A DNA stretch of 64,000 nt from Actinomycetes bacterium (GCA_024276495.1 JAJRXC010000073.1:18360-82359); one strand, 5' to 3'. Shown: positions 1 to 10,505, counted from the first letter of the stretch. Notes: a model not told the origin generated them from the letters alone. Numbers and translations: made by a program.

Positions 1-173
1 CCGAACGCACAATCCGCCAGGAGCGCCTCTCCGAGCTCGTGACCCAGCTCAGCGGTGCGCCGTTGGACCGTTCGCGCGCCGCGGTCGCTGACGCGTCCGC
101 GGGTCGCGGTGACGGTGACAGCCTGCGCAGGGTGGCACAAGCGCTCGTCACGATTCAGACAGAAGCAGCCTGA
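1..173 (+). CDS. 3' end of an unidentified gene (partial, enters from the window edge)
   Basis: Frame 3 is open from base 3 to TGA 171-173 (ERTIRQERLSELVTQLSGAPLD...VAQALVTIQTEAA*). Codon usage is GC3-rich like the neighbours. No motif recognised. Confidence 0.3.
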   Translation, partial: ERTIRQERLSELVTQLSGAPLDRSRAAVADASAGRGDGDSLRRVAQALVTIQTEAA

Positions 174-179
174 GGGCAC

Positions 180-2669
180 TCAGAGAACGAGGTCGTCGGT
201 TTCCACGTCGGTCGAGAAGTCCGGGAAGCGGGCCAGCTGGCGCTGGCGGAGAGCGGTGAAGAACTGCTCCTCGGGCGCGGGTCGGCCGAGCAGGTAGCCC
301 TGGCCCAACTCGACGTTCATGAGCTGGAGCATTCGCAGCTGTCCCGGCGTCTCGACTCCTTCGGCGATGATCTCGAGCCCGAGCTCGCTGCTCAGCTCGA
401 CCATCGCCTGGGTGATCGCCTTCGTCCCGGTGTCGACCTCCAGGTCACCGACGTAGGACCCGTCGATCTTGATCATCGACGCCGGCATCAATCGGAGCTG
501 GTTGAGCGACGAGTAGCCGGTCCCGAAGTCGTCGAGCGCGATCGTGCACCCCGACCGCTTGATGGTCCGCAGCATCTCGACCGCGTCGCCGTCGGGGCCG
601 ACGAACACCGCTTCCGTGACCTCGAGGATCATCTGCGACGGAGAGATCCCGTGCCGGTCGATCGCGTCGAAGAACTCGTCGACGAAGCCGCTGTGGGCCA
701 GCTGGCGGCTCGACACGTTGACCGAGATCCGAAGATCGTCCCGGCCGATGGCGCGGGCCCGGCCGGCGATGCGGCAGGCGCTGTCGAGGATCCAGCGGCC
801 CAACGGCACGATCAGTCCCGACTGCTCGGCGATCGGGATGAACTGGTCGGTCCCGGTCAGGCCGTGCACGGGATGGAACCAGCGGACCAGGCATTCGGCC
901 CCGACGGTCTGCCCCGTGGCCAGGTTGCGCAACGGCTGGAGGAAGAGACTGAACTCGTCCTCGTCCAGGGAGTCGAGGATGCCTCGTTGCAGCTCGAACG
1001 TCCGGGTCATCGTCTGACGGAGATTGTCGTCGTAGACCGCCCAGCGACCGCCGCCCGCCCGCTTCGCCTTGTACATCGCGAGGTCGGCGTTGGTCAGCAA
1101 CTCCTCGGCCCGACCCGAGCCGTCGGGATCGGAGAGGGCGATTCCCACGCTGCAGCCGATCTTTGCTTCGGTGCCGTCGATCCCGATGGGTTGTCCGCTC
1201 TCGTCGATCAGCCGGTCGGCCAACGCGCCGGCGTCTTCGACCGTCGGACAGGCGACGGCGATGACGACGAACTCGTCGCCGCCGACCCGCGCGATCCTGT
1301 CGCCGGGCCGCAGACAGCCCGACAGTCGCTCGGCCACCTTCGTCAGGACCTCGTCGCCGACGTCGTGGCCCAGACCGTCGTTGATCATCTTGAAGCCGTC
1401 GAGATCGAGGTAGAGGACGGCGATGGTCGACGTCGGATTCGCCTCGTCGAGGCACGACCGCAGCCGCTCGACCAGTGCGGGCCGATTGTCGAGGCCGGTG
1501 AGGTCGTCGGTCATCGCCTTGTGGCGGAGTTGCGCCTCGAGCTTGGCCGAGTCGGTGATGTCCTCGACCGAGGCGATCGCGGTTCGGGACTCGCCCTCGG
1601 AATCGTCGCCCACCGGGCGGACCCGAACGCGGCAGATCCGTTCGTCGTCGCGGCGTCGGGCTCGAACCCGAACATCGAGATCCGTGGCCGTACCGGACCG
1701 GATCGCCGCTCGGAACGCCGCGTTCAGCCCTCCCCGGTCGTCGTCGTGCACCGATTCGAATCGGGAGTCGGCGTCGTCGGTGGCGTCGAAGCTCGCGAGC
1801 TCGCGAAGCCACGAGTTGACATAGAGGACGGTCTCCCCCGCACCGACGTGGATGACCCCCATCGGAAGGGACTCGGTGAGGGTCTCGAACCGCAGCTCAC
1901 CGGCCCGGGCCCGAGCGAGGGCCCGCATCTCGTCGTCGACGTCGACCAGTTCGGTCTCGATGAACCCGTGGCTGTGCAGACGGTCCGTGTGGGTCGATTC
2001 GAGCCAGATCCAGTCGTCGTCGCTCGTTCTCCACCGCACCCGGTAGCGCGGCGTCGGCTCTCCGGCGAGAAGGGCCAGCCACGAGTCGATGCCGCGGTCG
2101 TGATCGTCGGGATGGATGAACTCCAGGGCCGACCGGCCGAGCATCTCGTCGGGTTCGAACCCCAGGAGGTCCTTCGTGAGCGGATCGATCCAGGTCAGCT
2201 CGGCGACCTCGTTTCGATGGTGGACGATTCGGCGGGGTCGGGGAACCTCCCGTCGAAGCAGCGACCCGGGGATGCGAATGTCCGGGCCGCTCAGGCTGAC
2301 ATAGACACCGGCTGCCTCCGTGATGTCGATGATCGCGACCGTTCGCGGGCGTTCGTCACCGGGGACGTGCAGGATGCAGTCGCCGGCTCCCCGCCGCCGG
2401 GCCCGCCCGATCGCGCCCATCAAGGCGGCGCTCTCACGGGGGCTGATCTGGTCGCGCAGCTCGCCGACATCGAGGACGTCCGTGGTCGGGACGACGCCCA
2501 ACTCCCGGACCGACTCGGGCACCGGGCAGGAGCGGAACGTCATGTCGAGACAATGGATGGTCACGTCGGGGACGGCGGCGAGCTCGCGGATCAGCGAGGT
2601 GCGCTCGTCGAGGGTCAGAACATCGTCGGAATCGGGCGGCCCCATGGGGCACCCGTCGGCTCTTTCCAC
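180..2669 (-). CDS. PAS-GGDEF-EAL c-di-GMP turnover protein (diguanylate cyclase/phosphodiesterase)
   Basis: 829-aa ORF. GGDEF motif intact (RVGGDEFVVIAV). The EAL domain shows ECLVRW, ILEVTE, DDFGTGYSSL, IKIDGSYV, IAEGVET and GQGYLLGRP. PAS-like region present N-terminally. Confidence 0.9.
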   Translation of the reverse strand: MERADGCPMGPPDSDDVLTLDERTSLIRELAAVPDVTIHCLDMTFRSCPVPESVRELGVVPTTDVLDVGELRDQISPRESAALMGAIGRARRRGAGDCILHVPGDERPRTVAIIDITEAAGVYVSLSGPDIRIPGSLLRREVPRPRRIVHHRNEVAELTWIDPLTKDLLGFEPDEMLGRSALEFIHPDDHDRGIDSWLALLAGEPTPRYRVRWRTSDDDWIWLESTHTDRLHSHGFIETELVDVDDEMRALARARAGELRFETLTESLPMGVIHVGAGETVLYVNSWLRELASFDATDDADSRFESVHDDDRGGLNAAFRAAIRSGTATDLDVRVRARRRDDERICRVRVRPVGDDSEGESRTAIASVEDITDSAKLEAQLRHKAMTDDLTGLDNRPALVERLRSCLDEANPTSTIAVLYLDLDGFKMINDGLGHDVGDEVLTKVAERLSGCLRPGDRIARVGGDEFVVIAVACPTVEDAGALADRLIDESGQPIGIDGTEAKIGCSVGIALSDPDGSGRAEELLTNADLAMYKAKRAGGGRWAVYDDNLRQTMTRTFELQRGILDSLDEDEFSLFLQPLRNLATGQTVGAECLVRWFHPVHGLTGTDQFIPIAEQSGLIVPLGRWILDSACRIAGRARAIGRDDLRISVNVSSRQLAHSGFVDEFFDAIDRHGISPSQMILEVTEAVFVGPDGDAVEMLRTIKRSGCTIALDDFGTGYSSLNQLRLMPASMIKIDGSYVGDLEVDTGTKAITQAMVELSSELGLEIIAEGVETPGQLRMLQLMNVELGQGYLLGRPAPEEQFFTALRQRQLARFPDFSTDVETDDLVL

Positions 2670-2723
2670 CCGGACCTGAGCGGTCGGTCGCCGCCGTTCA
2701 CCCCGGGCCCGGATACACCGCGC

Positions 2724-3503
2724 TCAGCGAGCCCGCCAGTCGGGATCGCGACCTTCGGCTCGGGCCCGACCCGCTTCGACGGTGTCCTCGCTCTGGGCCA
2801 CCACCCTGCGCATCGCTTCGCCCATTCGGACGGCGTCGGTCCACGGGAGGCGCTGGCCGCGGTGCGCCATCTCGTTGGTCGCCCGCACCGCGAGGGGGGC
2901 GCCCTGGCACAAGCGGGTCGCCAGCCGGTGGGCCTCGGACAGGAGCGCCGCGTGGTCGTGAACCCTCCAGACGAGACCGATCTCGTGCGCGTGGGCGGCA
3001 TCGATCGAGTCGCCGGTGAGGAGGAGCTCGAGCGCGTCGGGCATCGCGACGTGGGCGGGAAGGCGGAGCGCACCGACGATCGTCGCGACGCCGATCCTGA
3101 CCTCCGGATACGCGAACGTCGCCCGGTCACTGGCGAGGACGAAGTCGCATGCGAGCACCGCTGTCAACCCGTAGCCGATGCACGGGCCGTTCACCGCGGC
3201 GATCGTCGGCTTCCAGATCTCCATCCCGCTCTCGAAGGTCGTGATCGTCGGCCATTCCCAAAATGATCCCGGCCAGGTGCCCGTCGACCCCTTGCCGTCC
3301 TTGAGATCGGCGCCCGCGCAAAAGGCGCGGCCGGCGCCGGTGACGATGCCCACCCAGGCATCGTCGTCTTCGCGGAACCGGGTCCAGGCGGCGTCGAGCG
3401 CCTCGCGCATCTCGCCGTTCACTGCGTTGAGGGCATCGGGTCGGTTGTAGGTGATCGTGGCGACGTGACCGTCGCGGGTGTAGGTGGCCGCAGGTTCGCT
3501 CAT
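2724..3503 (-). CDS. enoyl-CoA hydratase/isomerase (crotonase) family protein
   Basis: 259 aa. Crotonase hallmarks: ITYNRPDALNAV and VTGAGRAFCAGADLKDG. Confidence 0.9.
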   Translation of the reverse strand: MSEPAATYTRDGHVATITYNRPDALNAVNGEMREALDAAWTRFREDDDAWVGIVTGAGRAFCAGADLKDGKGSTGTWPGSFWEWPTITTFESGMEIWKPTIAAVNGPCIGYGLTAVLACDFVLASDRATFAYPEVRIGVATIVGALRLPAHVAMPDALELLLTGDSIDAAHAHEIGLVWRVHDHAALLSEAHRLATRLCQGAPLAVRATNEMAHRGQRLPWTDAVRMGEAMRRVVAQSEDTVEAGRARAEGRDPDWRAR

Positions 3504-3533
3504 GGGCCGTCAGCTTTCCCTACGCTGCGGCCC

Positions 3534-3965
3534 ATGGCCACAATCACCGCAGATCTCACCACCGGGTACGCCGTCGAGATTCGGGCCGGCAACCACATCT
3601 GGCAGGCCGATGAGCCGCTCGACGCCGGCGGCACCGACCTCGGGCCGAGCCCGTATGAGCTGCTGATGTCGGCCGTCGCGGCCTGCACCTGCATCACGGT
3701 CTCGATGTATTGCCAACGAAAGGGATGGAAGCTCCACTCGATCTCGGCCCGCTACGAGCTCGACAAGGTCCACGCCAACGATTGTGAGGACTGCGACGAC
3801 GCCGAGCAGGGTCGCATCGACCGGGTCCGCAGCGAGATCTTCATCGAGGGCGACTTCGACGACGAGCAGCGAGCCCGCCTGTCACAGGTTGCCCGACGTT
3901 GCCCGGTCCACAAGACCCTCGATCACGGCGTCACCTTCACCACCGAGTGCCTTTTCGTCGGCTGA
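3534..3965 (+). CDS. OsmC/Ohr family peroxiredoxin-like protein
   Basis: OsmC-like sequence (GTDLGPSPYELLMSAVAACTCITVSMY ... RCPVHKTL). The ATG at 3534 (MATITADL) is preferred over the track start 3465, which would overlap the divergent crotonase gene. Confidence 0.85.
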   Translation: MATITADLTTGYAVEIRAGNHIWQADEPLDAGGTDLGPSPYELLMSAVAACTCITVSMYCQRKGWKLHSISARYELDKVHANDCEDCDDAEQGRIDRVRSEIFIEGDFDDEQRARLSQVARRCPVHKTLDHGVTFTTECLFVG

Positions 3966-4970
3966 GTCTCGTTCGCCGTTCGGCATCGTCACCGCGATGA
4001 TCGCGAAGGGCACCATCCAGGGCACGACCCGGCTCAGATTGAGGGGATCGAACAGGACTCCACGGTCGAGCAGCACCAGGACCGCGGCATCGAGGAGGAG
4101 GACGACGGCCCATGTCCGGTCGTGGTCCCACAGCTTCCACGCGACCCACACCGACCCGACGAGAAACGTGAATGCCACCGCGACCTCGCCCGACGCGAGG
4201 CCCTGATCGACCCAGCCGAGGAACGGCGGCCGGAACTGGGCCGCCGACTTTCCCGGATCGCCGATCCACACCTCGAGGATGCCCATCCAGGCGGCCGGCA
4301 CCAGTGGTGCGACGAGGAGTGGCGGGCGCCGGCCCCGCCCCTCGACGAGAAACACCGCCGCGGGAACGACCAGTGTGGTCTCTCTCGTCAGCGCGGCGAG
4401 GGTGAACAACGTGACCGCGAGGGCGCACCGGCGATCCCGGCGCCACACGACGACACCGGCGGCGACGAGGGCGAGGGCGAGGGCATCGCCGAGGTCGACG
4501 ACGACGCTGCCGATGAACGCGGGCGTGAATCCCACCGCCGCCCCGGCCAGCCAGGTCGCGCCATGACGCCGGGCCGTCGCCGCGACCGCCGTCGCGGCCC
4601 CGGCCACCGCGGCCAGATTGATGATCCACAGCGTGACGACGAGCGGCATGCCGGGCGGCGCCAGCGACGCGACGGCGGGGTAGACGATTCGTCGAGCCCG
4701 GTAGGTGACGGAGTCGACGATCCCCTCGGCGGCGCCGAGATCGGGGAACACACGGGCGAGCACGTAGTTGGCCTGTCCGTCGTGTCCCCAGCCGGGAACG
4801 AGATCGACGTCGGTGATGTCGGCCTCGACGAAACCGCGCGCCGACGCCACCTCGCCGACTCGCAGGAACCGGGTCAGGTCGAACGTCGGGCCGAGATCGA
4901 TGAACGTGACGACCAGCGCCAACCCGACCGCGACGACGGCGGCCTTGACGAGATCGCGAGAGGACGACAC
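3882..4970 (-). CDS. polytopic integral membrane protein, function unknown
   Basis: 362 aa with many hydrophobic helices (VAVGLALVVTFI, LVVTLWIINLAAVAGA, LALALVAAGVVVW and others). Lies directly downstream of mscL on the same strand. No catalytic motif recognised. Confidence 0.6.
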   Translation of the reverse strand: MSSSRDLVKAAVVAVGLALVVTFIDLGPTFDLTRFLRVGEVASARGFVEADITDVDLVPGWGHDGQANYVLARVFPDLGAAEGIVDSVTYRARRIVYPAVASLAPPGMPLVVTLWIINLAAVAGAATAVAATARRHGATWLAGAAVGFTPAFIGSVVVDLGDALALALVAAGVVVWRRDRRCALAVTLFTLAALTRETTLVVPAAVFLVEGRGRRPPLLVAPLVPAAWMGILEVWIGDPGKSAAQFRPPFLGWVDQGLASGEVAVAFTFLVGSVWVAWKLWDHDRTWAVVLLLDAAVLVLLDRGVLFDPLNLSRVVPWMVPFAIIAVTMPNGERDSADEKALGGEGDAVIEGLVDRATSGNL

Positions 4971-5012
4971 GGCGGTCCTATCGGCCGCGTCGTCCCGGAG
5001 TCGAGCAGTGGC

Positions 5013-5390
5013 TCAGCGGGCGGCGAGCGAATCCCGGATCTCGGTCAGCAGGTCGATCTCGCTCGGTTCGTTCTCCTCTTCTTCGGATTCTTCGGAGTCC
5101 TCCGATGCCTTGCTCGCGTTGTAGGCCTTCAAGACGAAGAACACCGCCAGCGCCACGAAGATGAAGCTGATCGTCACGGTTATCACCCGGCCGTAGAAGA
5201 TGTCGGCGTCACGGAAACCGAAGCTGAGCGCATCGAAGTTCGGTTCACCGAAGATCCCCGCCACGATCTGCATGAGCACGCCGTCGACGAACGTGTCGAT
5301 GATCGGCTTGAAGGCGGTCGCCATGACCACCGCCACGGCCAGATCGACGATGTCGCCTTTGTTGATGAAGTCCTTGAATTCCTGAAGCAC
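5013..5390 (-). CDS. mscL: large-conductance mechanosensitive channel MscL
   Basis: Canonical MscL N-terminus LQEFKDFINKGDIVDLAVAVVMATAFKPIIDTFV and a second TM helix. The GTG at 5390 gives the usual N-terminus. The track start 5450 adds an unlikely acidic extension. Confidence 0.88.
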   Translation of the reverse strand: MLQEFKDFINKGDIVDLAVAVVMATAFKPIIDTFVDGVLMQIVAGIFGEPNFDALSFGFRDADIFYGRVITVTISFIFVALAVFFVLKAYNASKASEDSEESEEEENEPSEIDLLTEIRDSLAAR

Positions 5391-5596
5391 GTCTTCTCCT
5401 TCGCCTTCTTCGCTGTCTGGGTCACCGGGGCGTGACCCGCCGGTGCGCACGACGCCGGGACGGCGCCGAAAGTCGCGGTCGGACAGTAGGCCAACGGCCG
5501 CCGCCCTGCCGACGGTCGGCGAACCGGCGTCCTTCGGCTCGGGCCGGACGCAATGGGTAGAGTCCGAGCCGACGCAACATCGTGGGGAGCATCACC

Positions 5597-7588
5597 ATGG
5601 CTGACGGTTCGATCGAGGTCTACGAGAGCGAAGGGCGCCGGTTTCCGCCTTCGGCGGAGTTCGCGGCGGCGGCGCTCACCAACGACCGTTCGCTCTACGA
5701 CGAAGCCGATGCCGACTTCGAGGCGTTCTGGGCCCGTCAGGCGCGCGAGCTGCTGACCTGGTCGAAGGATTTCGACACGATTCTCGAATGGGATCTGCCG
5801 TTCGCGAAGTGGTTCCCGGGGGGCGAGCTCAACGTCAGCGAGAACTGCCTCGATCGGCATGTGGCCGCGGGTCGAGGCGACAGGGTCGCCTACCATTTCG
5901 AGGGCGAGCCCGGCGACACCCGAACCATCACCTATGCCGACCTTCTCGCCGATGTCGAACGGTTCGCCAACGTCCTCAAGGGCCTCGGGCTGCGCAAGGG
6001 CGACCGGCTCGCCATCTACATGCCGATGATTCCCGAGCTGCCGGTGGCGATGCTCGCCTGCACCCGGATCGGTGTCGCTCATTCGGTGATCTTCGGAGGG
6101 TTCTCGCCCGACGCGATCACCGATCGGTGTGTCGACGCCGAGGCGAAGGTGATCATCACCGCCGACGCCGGCTACCGCCGCGGCGAGCCATCGGCGTTGA
6201 AGCCCAATGTCGATGCCGCGCTCGAAGTCGGTGCGCCATCGGTCGAGCATGTGATCGTCGTCGACCGGTGCGGGACCGACCCGATGATGGTCGACGGTCG
6301 TGACCACTGGTGGCACGACCTCATGGCGGAAGCCGAACCGAGGTGTCCGGCCGAGCCGATGGACGCCGAGCAGCTCCTGTACCTGCTCTACACCTCGGGA
6401 ACGACGGCGAAGCCGAAGGGCATCATGCACACCACCGGTGGCTACCTGACCCAGGTGGCGTTCACCCACAAGTACGTGTTCGATCTCCGTCCCGACACCG
6501 ACGTCTACTGGTGTGCCGCCGACATCGGCTGGGTGACCGGGCACAGCTACATCGTCTACGGGCCGCTCACCAACGGCTGCACCTCCGTCATGTACGAGGG
6601 CACCCCCGACACCCCCCTTCCCGAGCACCGCGACGGCGACCGGGCCGACTGGAGGAAGGATCGGCTCTGGGACATCATCGAGCGCTACGGGGTCACCCAG
6701 CTCTACACCGCCCCGACCGCGATCCGAACGTTCATGAAATGGGGTGACGAGTGGCCCGACGCCCACGATCTCTCGACTCTCCGAGTCCTCGGCACCGTCG
6801 GCGAGCCGATCAACCCCGAAGCGTGGATGTGGTATCACCGCCACATCGGGCGGGAGTCGTGTCCGATCGTCGACACGTGGTGGCAGACCGAGACCGGGGG
6901 CCACATGATCACGCCTCTTCCCGGTGTCACCACGACGAAGCCGGGTACCGCCACCAACCCGATTCCCGGCGTCTATGCCGAGGTGGTCGACGACGACGGG
7001 AACGCCGTGACCGAAGGCGGCGGCTATCTCACGATCACGAAGCCCTGGCCCTCGATGCTGCGAGGGATATGGGGCGACGAGGATCGATATCGCGACACCT
7101 ACTGGTCCACGTACGAGGGCCGCTACTTCGCCGGTGACGGTGCCCGGGTCGACGACGACGGCTACATCTGGATCCTCGGCCGGGTCGACGACGTGATGAA
7201 CGTCTCCGGGCACCGGATCTCGACCTCCGAGGTCGAGAGCGCCCTCGTCGACCATCCGGCAGTGGCCGAGGCGGCGGTGGTCGGCGCCACCGACGAGATC
7301 ACCGGTCAGGCGATCGTCGGCTACGTGATCCTGCGAGGCACCGCGTCGGCGTCGGACGACCTGCGAGAGGAGATTCGTCAGCACGTCGCCAAGAAGCTGG
7401 GGGCCACGGCGCGACCGAAGGCCGTGTTCCTCGTCCCGGACCTCCCCAAGACGCGATCGGGCAAGATCATGCGTCGGCTGCTGCGCGATGTCGCCGACGG
7501 GCACGACCTGGGTGACACCACGACCCTCGCCGACCCGAATGTCGTCGAGGCGATACGGGCGGGGGCCGAGGCCGGCGACGACGACTGA
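5597..7588 (+). CDS. acs: acetyl-CoA synthetase (AMP-forming)
   Basis: Acs signature throughout: WFPGGELNVSENCLDRH, YTSGTTAKPKG, TWWQTETGG and C-terminal PKTRSGKIMRR. ATG 5597 is preceded by GGGAG 7 nt upstream. Confidence 0.95.
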   Translation: MADGSIEVYESEGRRFPPSAEFAAAALTNDRSLYDEADADFEAFWARQARELLTWSKDFDTILEWDLPFAKWFPGGELNVSENCLDRHVAAGRGDRVAYHFEGEPGDTRTITYADLLADVERFANVLKGLGLRKGDRLAIYMPMIPELPVAMLACTRIGVAHSVIFGGFSPDAITDRCVDAEAKVIITADAGYRRGEPSALKPNVDAALEVGAPSVEHVIVVDRCGTDPMMVDGRDHWWHDLMAEAEPRCPAEPMDAEQLLYLLYTSGTTAKPKGIMHTTGGYLTQVAFTHKYVFDLRPDTDVYWCAADIGWVTGHSYIVYGPLTNGCTSVMYEGTPDTPLPEHRDGDRADWRKDRLWDIIERYGVTQLYTAPTAIRTFMKWGDEWPDAHDLSTLRVLGTVGEPINPEAWMWYHRHIGRESCPIVDTWWQTETGGHMITPLPGVTTTKPGTATNPIPGVYAEVVDDDGNAVTEGGGYLTITKPWPSMLRGIWGDEDRYRDTYWSTYEGRYFAGDGARVDDDGYIWILGRVDDVMNVSGHRISTSEVESALVDHPAVAEAAVVGATDEITGQAIVGYVILRGTASASDDLREEIRQHVAKKLGATARPKAVFLVPDLPKTRSGKIMRRLLRDVADGHDLGDTTTLADPNVVEAIRAGAEAGDDD

Positions 7589-7699
7589 ACGCGGCCTCGC
7601 CTGCCCGTCCCGACGCACGGATCGAAGTCCTCGGATGCCTTGACGTGGAATTTCGGGCCCCGTCCCTACGGTTGTAGCGAACAGGAGGTATCCGACCGC

Positions 7700-8545
7700 A
7701 TGGTCAACACAGCCAAGACATTCACACTTCTCGCCGCGATGGGCGGCCTGATCATCGTCGCCGGTGGCGCGCTCGGTGGATCAGCCGGGCTGGTGATCGG
7801 TCTCGGCATCGGGTTGGTGATGGTGGGCGGCTCCTACTGGTTCAGCGACAAGCTGGCCATCCGGTCGGCCAAGGCCCAAGCCGTGACCCGCGAGCAGGTC
7901 CCCGAGTTCTACGAGATCATGGAGGAGCTCACCGCGAAGGCGAACATGCCGATGCCGAAGCTCTACGTCTCTCCGAATCCGCAACCCAACGCCTTCGCGA
8001 CGGGCCGCAACCCGAAAAACGCGGCGGTCGCGGTCACCGTCGGGCTGCTCGACGCCATGAGTTGGGCCGAGGTCCGGGGCGTGCTCGCCCACGAGCTCGC
8101 CCATGTCCGCAACCGCGACATCCTGATCGGATCGGTCGCGGCCGCGATCGGCATGGGCATCACGTTTGCCGCCCGGATCGCGATGTGGGGGGCGATCTTC
8201 TCCGGTGGCAACAGTCGCGACCGCAACCCCATCGGTGAGTTGGCGTTCGCGATACTCGCCCCGATCGCCGCGGCGGTGATCCAGGCGGCCGTGAGCCGAA
8301 GCCGCGAGTTTCAGGCCGACGAGTCGGCCGCGAAGCTCATCGGTACCGGCGAACCCCTCGCCCGGGCATTGGAAAAGCTCGAGACCTACGCCAATCGGAT
8401 CCCCGTCGACATCGACCCGAACCAGGCCAGCGCCTACATCATCAACCCGCTCAGCGCCCAGGCCCGTGGTGGCGGGGGGATGAGCAAGTGGTTCAGCACC
8501 CATCCGCCGACGGAACAGCGCATCGCTCGGCTTCGTTCGTTCTGA
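7700..8545 (+). CDS. htpX: zinc metalloprotease HtpX
   Basis: [10 protein letters not shown] (HExxH) plus TM helices and an [11 protein letters not shown] tail. AGGAGG at 7684-7689 lies upstream of ATG 7700. Confidence 0.9.
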   Translation: MVNTAKTFTLLAAMGGLIIVAGGALGGSAGLVIGLGIGLVMVGGSYWFSDKLAIRSAKAQAVTREQVPEFYEIMEELTAKANMPMPKLYVSPNPQPNAFATGRNPKNAAVAVTVGLLDAMSWAEVRGVLAHELAHVRNRDILIGSVAAAIGMGITFAARIAMWGAIFSGGNSRDRNPIGELAFAILAPIAAAVIQAAVSRSREFQADESAAKLIGTGEPLARALEKLETYANRIPVDIDPNQASAYIINPLSAQARGGGGMSKWFSTHPPTEQRIARLRSF

Positions 8546-9824
8546 GACGGGCGCCCACATCGAGATCCTCGGGCTTGCCGGCCCGGATGTCACGGTCTTC
8601 GCTTTGACGCGGGGGCCCGGATCCGGGTGGGTCGCGTGGATGAAGGTGCCAGGTGCCGTCGGCTCGTCGGCGCAGTGTCTGGCCCCGGTCGTGGACCAGA
8701 TGGTGATGGTGGGCGCACAACAGCACGAGGTTGTCGATGTCGGTGGGGCCGTTGTGGGGTGGCCGGGCGAAGATGAGGTGGTGGGCTTCACATCGGGCCG
8801 GTCGGGCGTCGCAGATGACGCAGCCTTTGTCGCGGGCGATGAGCATCCGCCACTGGTTGTCGTCGGCGATGCGGACGCGGGTGCCGTGCCAGAGTGGTCG
8901 ACCGTCGGTGGAGAAGACGAGTCCGTAGAGGTCGCTGTTGCAGGCGAGCCTGGCGAGCTCGCCTGCGGGTATGGGCCCGGTGCCGGGGATCTCGGCGGTG
9001 CCGTCGGCGTGGGCAATCACCAGGAGCTGTGTGCGGACCGGGCCGGATCGACCGCGGCGCTTCGTCGATGCAGCATCGTCGCCGCGCCCGTTGAGACCGT
9101 CGTGGTCGTGGTTGCCGGCGTCGTCGCGGTGGTCGGTGCCCGCGATGAGCTCGGCGAGTGCGTCGGCGCGGCGTTGTTGCACGGTTCGGATCTGGTCTGC
9201 GTGTTCACGACCGCCGTCGGTGGTGAACATGGCGTTGACGGCGGTGTCGAGCAGCGATCGGACTTTGGCGCCCGTGACCGGGTCGAACTCGGCGTGGAGC
9301 ACGGTCATGTCGGATTCGTTGTCGAAGATCACGCAGCGGCGCGCCGCGACACGGCGGCGTTGCTGCGCCTCCAGCGAGACTCGGGTCTGGGTGCGACGGG
9401 TCCAGTCGCGGGCGTCTCTCTCGTGGAGATCCGCCGGCCGGCATCTGGCGTCGCGAACCAGTTTCGATGCTTCGACCGCTTCCGCGGAGGTGTTGTCGGC
9501 GGCCCTGATCAGTGTGTCGGCGTGTTCGGCGGTGATCTCACCGGCGGCCAACGCGGCGGCCGCGGTCGGGAGCTCGACGAGCCGTTCGGCTCGACGGGCT
9601 CGTCGGTCGGCCTCGCGTTGTGAGCACTTGGTGGCGCCGCGAAACATCGATGACGGCCCCGGACCGTCATCGTCGAGACCGGCCAACGCGGCGGCGAGTC
9701 GGGCATCGAAGCCGTCGAGCGCGGCCCGGAGCCGACCCGACCCGGCCGCGGCGTCGCACAACTCACGTCGGGACATGCCATCGACGGCCACGTCGCCCAG
9801 TTCACTCAGCCACCCATCGAACAC
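8493..9824 (-). CDS. DUF222 / HNH endonuclease (REP13E12-like) protein, copy 1
   Basis: C-terminal HNH motif (CEAHHLIF...[18 protein letters not shown]) after a DUF222-like body. GTG 9824 is chosen as start because the track start 9956 would place the SOS-box and -10 region inside the CDS. The start is uncertain; ATG 9776 is also possible. Confidence 0.75.
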   Translation of the reverse strand: MFDGWLSELGDVAVDGMSRRELCDAAAGSGRLRAALDGFDARLAAALAGLDDDGPGPSSMFRGATKCSQREADRRARRAERLVELPTAAAALAAGEITAEHADTLIRAADNTSAEAVEASKLVRDARCRPADLHERDARDWTRRTQTRVSLEAQQRRRVAARRCVIFDNESDMTVLHAEFDPVTGAKVRSLLDTAVNAMFTTDGGREHADQIRTVQQRRADALAELIAGTDHRDDAGNHDHDGLNGRGDDAASTKRRGRSGPVRTQLLVIAHADGTAEIPGTGPIPAGELARLACNSDLYGLVFSTDGRPLWHGTRVRIADDNQWRMLIARDKGCVICDARPARCEAHHLIFARPPHNGPTDIDNLVLLCAHHHHLVHDRGQTLRRRADGTWHLHPRDPPGSGPPRQSEDRDIRAGKPEDLDVGARLRTNEAERCAVPSADGC

Positions 9825-9935
9825 GACAACCCGTTCCTCTCGGAGAACATGGGGAAGTGTCAGTTTGGACCGGCCGAAGTGAGTTCGGGGCCGGTGACCG
9901 AATGTGATCACCCTACCAGGGACCGGTCCGAGATG

Positions 9936-9949
9936 CGAACACATGTTCG
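9936..9949 (-). promoter_or_regulatory. candidate LexA (SOS) box, cGAACatgtGTTCg
   Basis: GAAC-N4-GTTC palindrome about 110 nt upstream of the HNH start, followed about 20 nt downstream (gene sense) by TAGGGT (TAnnnT -10-like). Confidence 0.55.
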
Positions 9950-10016
9950 GTGACATCGGTCACCATGTCGGGCCGTCGGCAGACCCCGACACCGGCCCGC
10001 AGCCGACTCGGGTGCG

Positions 10017-10505
10017 TCAGTCGCGGAAGTTCGTGAACTGGAGGGGCAGACCGAATTCGGCTTCCTTCAACGCGGCGATCACACTCTGCAACTGATCACG
10101 TTTCTTCCCCTGGACCCGGAGTTGGTCACCCTGTGTCGACGACTGGATGCCCTTCAGCCCGAGCGTCTTGATGAACTTGTTGAGCTCCTTCGCCTTCTCG
10201 GCGCTGATCCCGGACTGCAACGTCGCCCGCTGACGAACCGATCCGCCCGACGCCGGCTCGACGGTGCCGTAGTCGAGCACCTTCAGACTCACCTTGCGCC
10301 GCACCAACTTCTCCTCGAGAACCTGACGCAACGCCGCGAGCCGGTCCTCGGACAACGAGGCCATGTCGATCACCCCGTCGCCGAGCTCGATCGACGACTC
10401 GGTGTTCTTGAAGTCGAACCGCTGGGCGACCTCCCGCGCGGCCTGATCGACCGCGTTGCGCACTTCCTGCTCGTCGACCTCTGAGACCACATCGAACGTC
10501 GGCAT
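10017..10505 (-). CDS. yajQ: YajQ-family (UPF0234) nucleotide/c-di-GMP-binding protein
   Basis: 162 aa, MPTFDVVSEVDEQEVRNAVDQAAREVAQRFDFK..., typical YajQ length and N-terminus. Confidence 0.9.
   Translation of the reverse strand: MPTFDVVSEVDEQEVRNAVDQAAREVAQRFDFKNTESSIELGDGVIDMASLSEDRLAALRQVLEEKLVRRKVSLKVLDYGTVEPASGGSVRQRATLQSGISAEKAKELNKFIKTLGLKGIQSSTQGDQLRVQGKKRDQLQSVIAALKEAEFGLPLQFTNFRD

Noticed and set aside
7640-7668. TTGACG hexamer upstream of htpX as a -35 element.
   Set aside because: No acceptable TAnnnT -10 lies at 16-18 nt spacing. The nearest candidate, TACGGT, is about 21 nt away.
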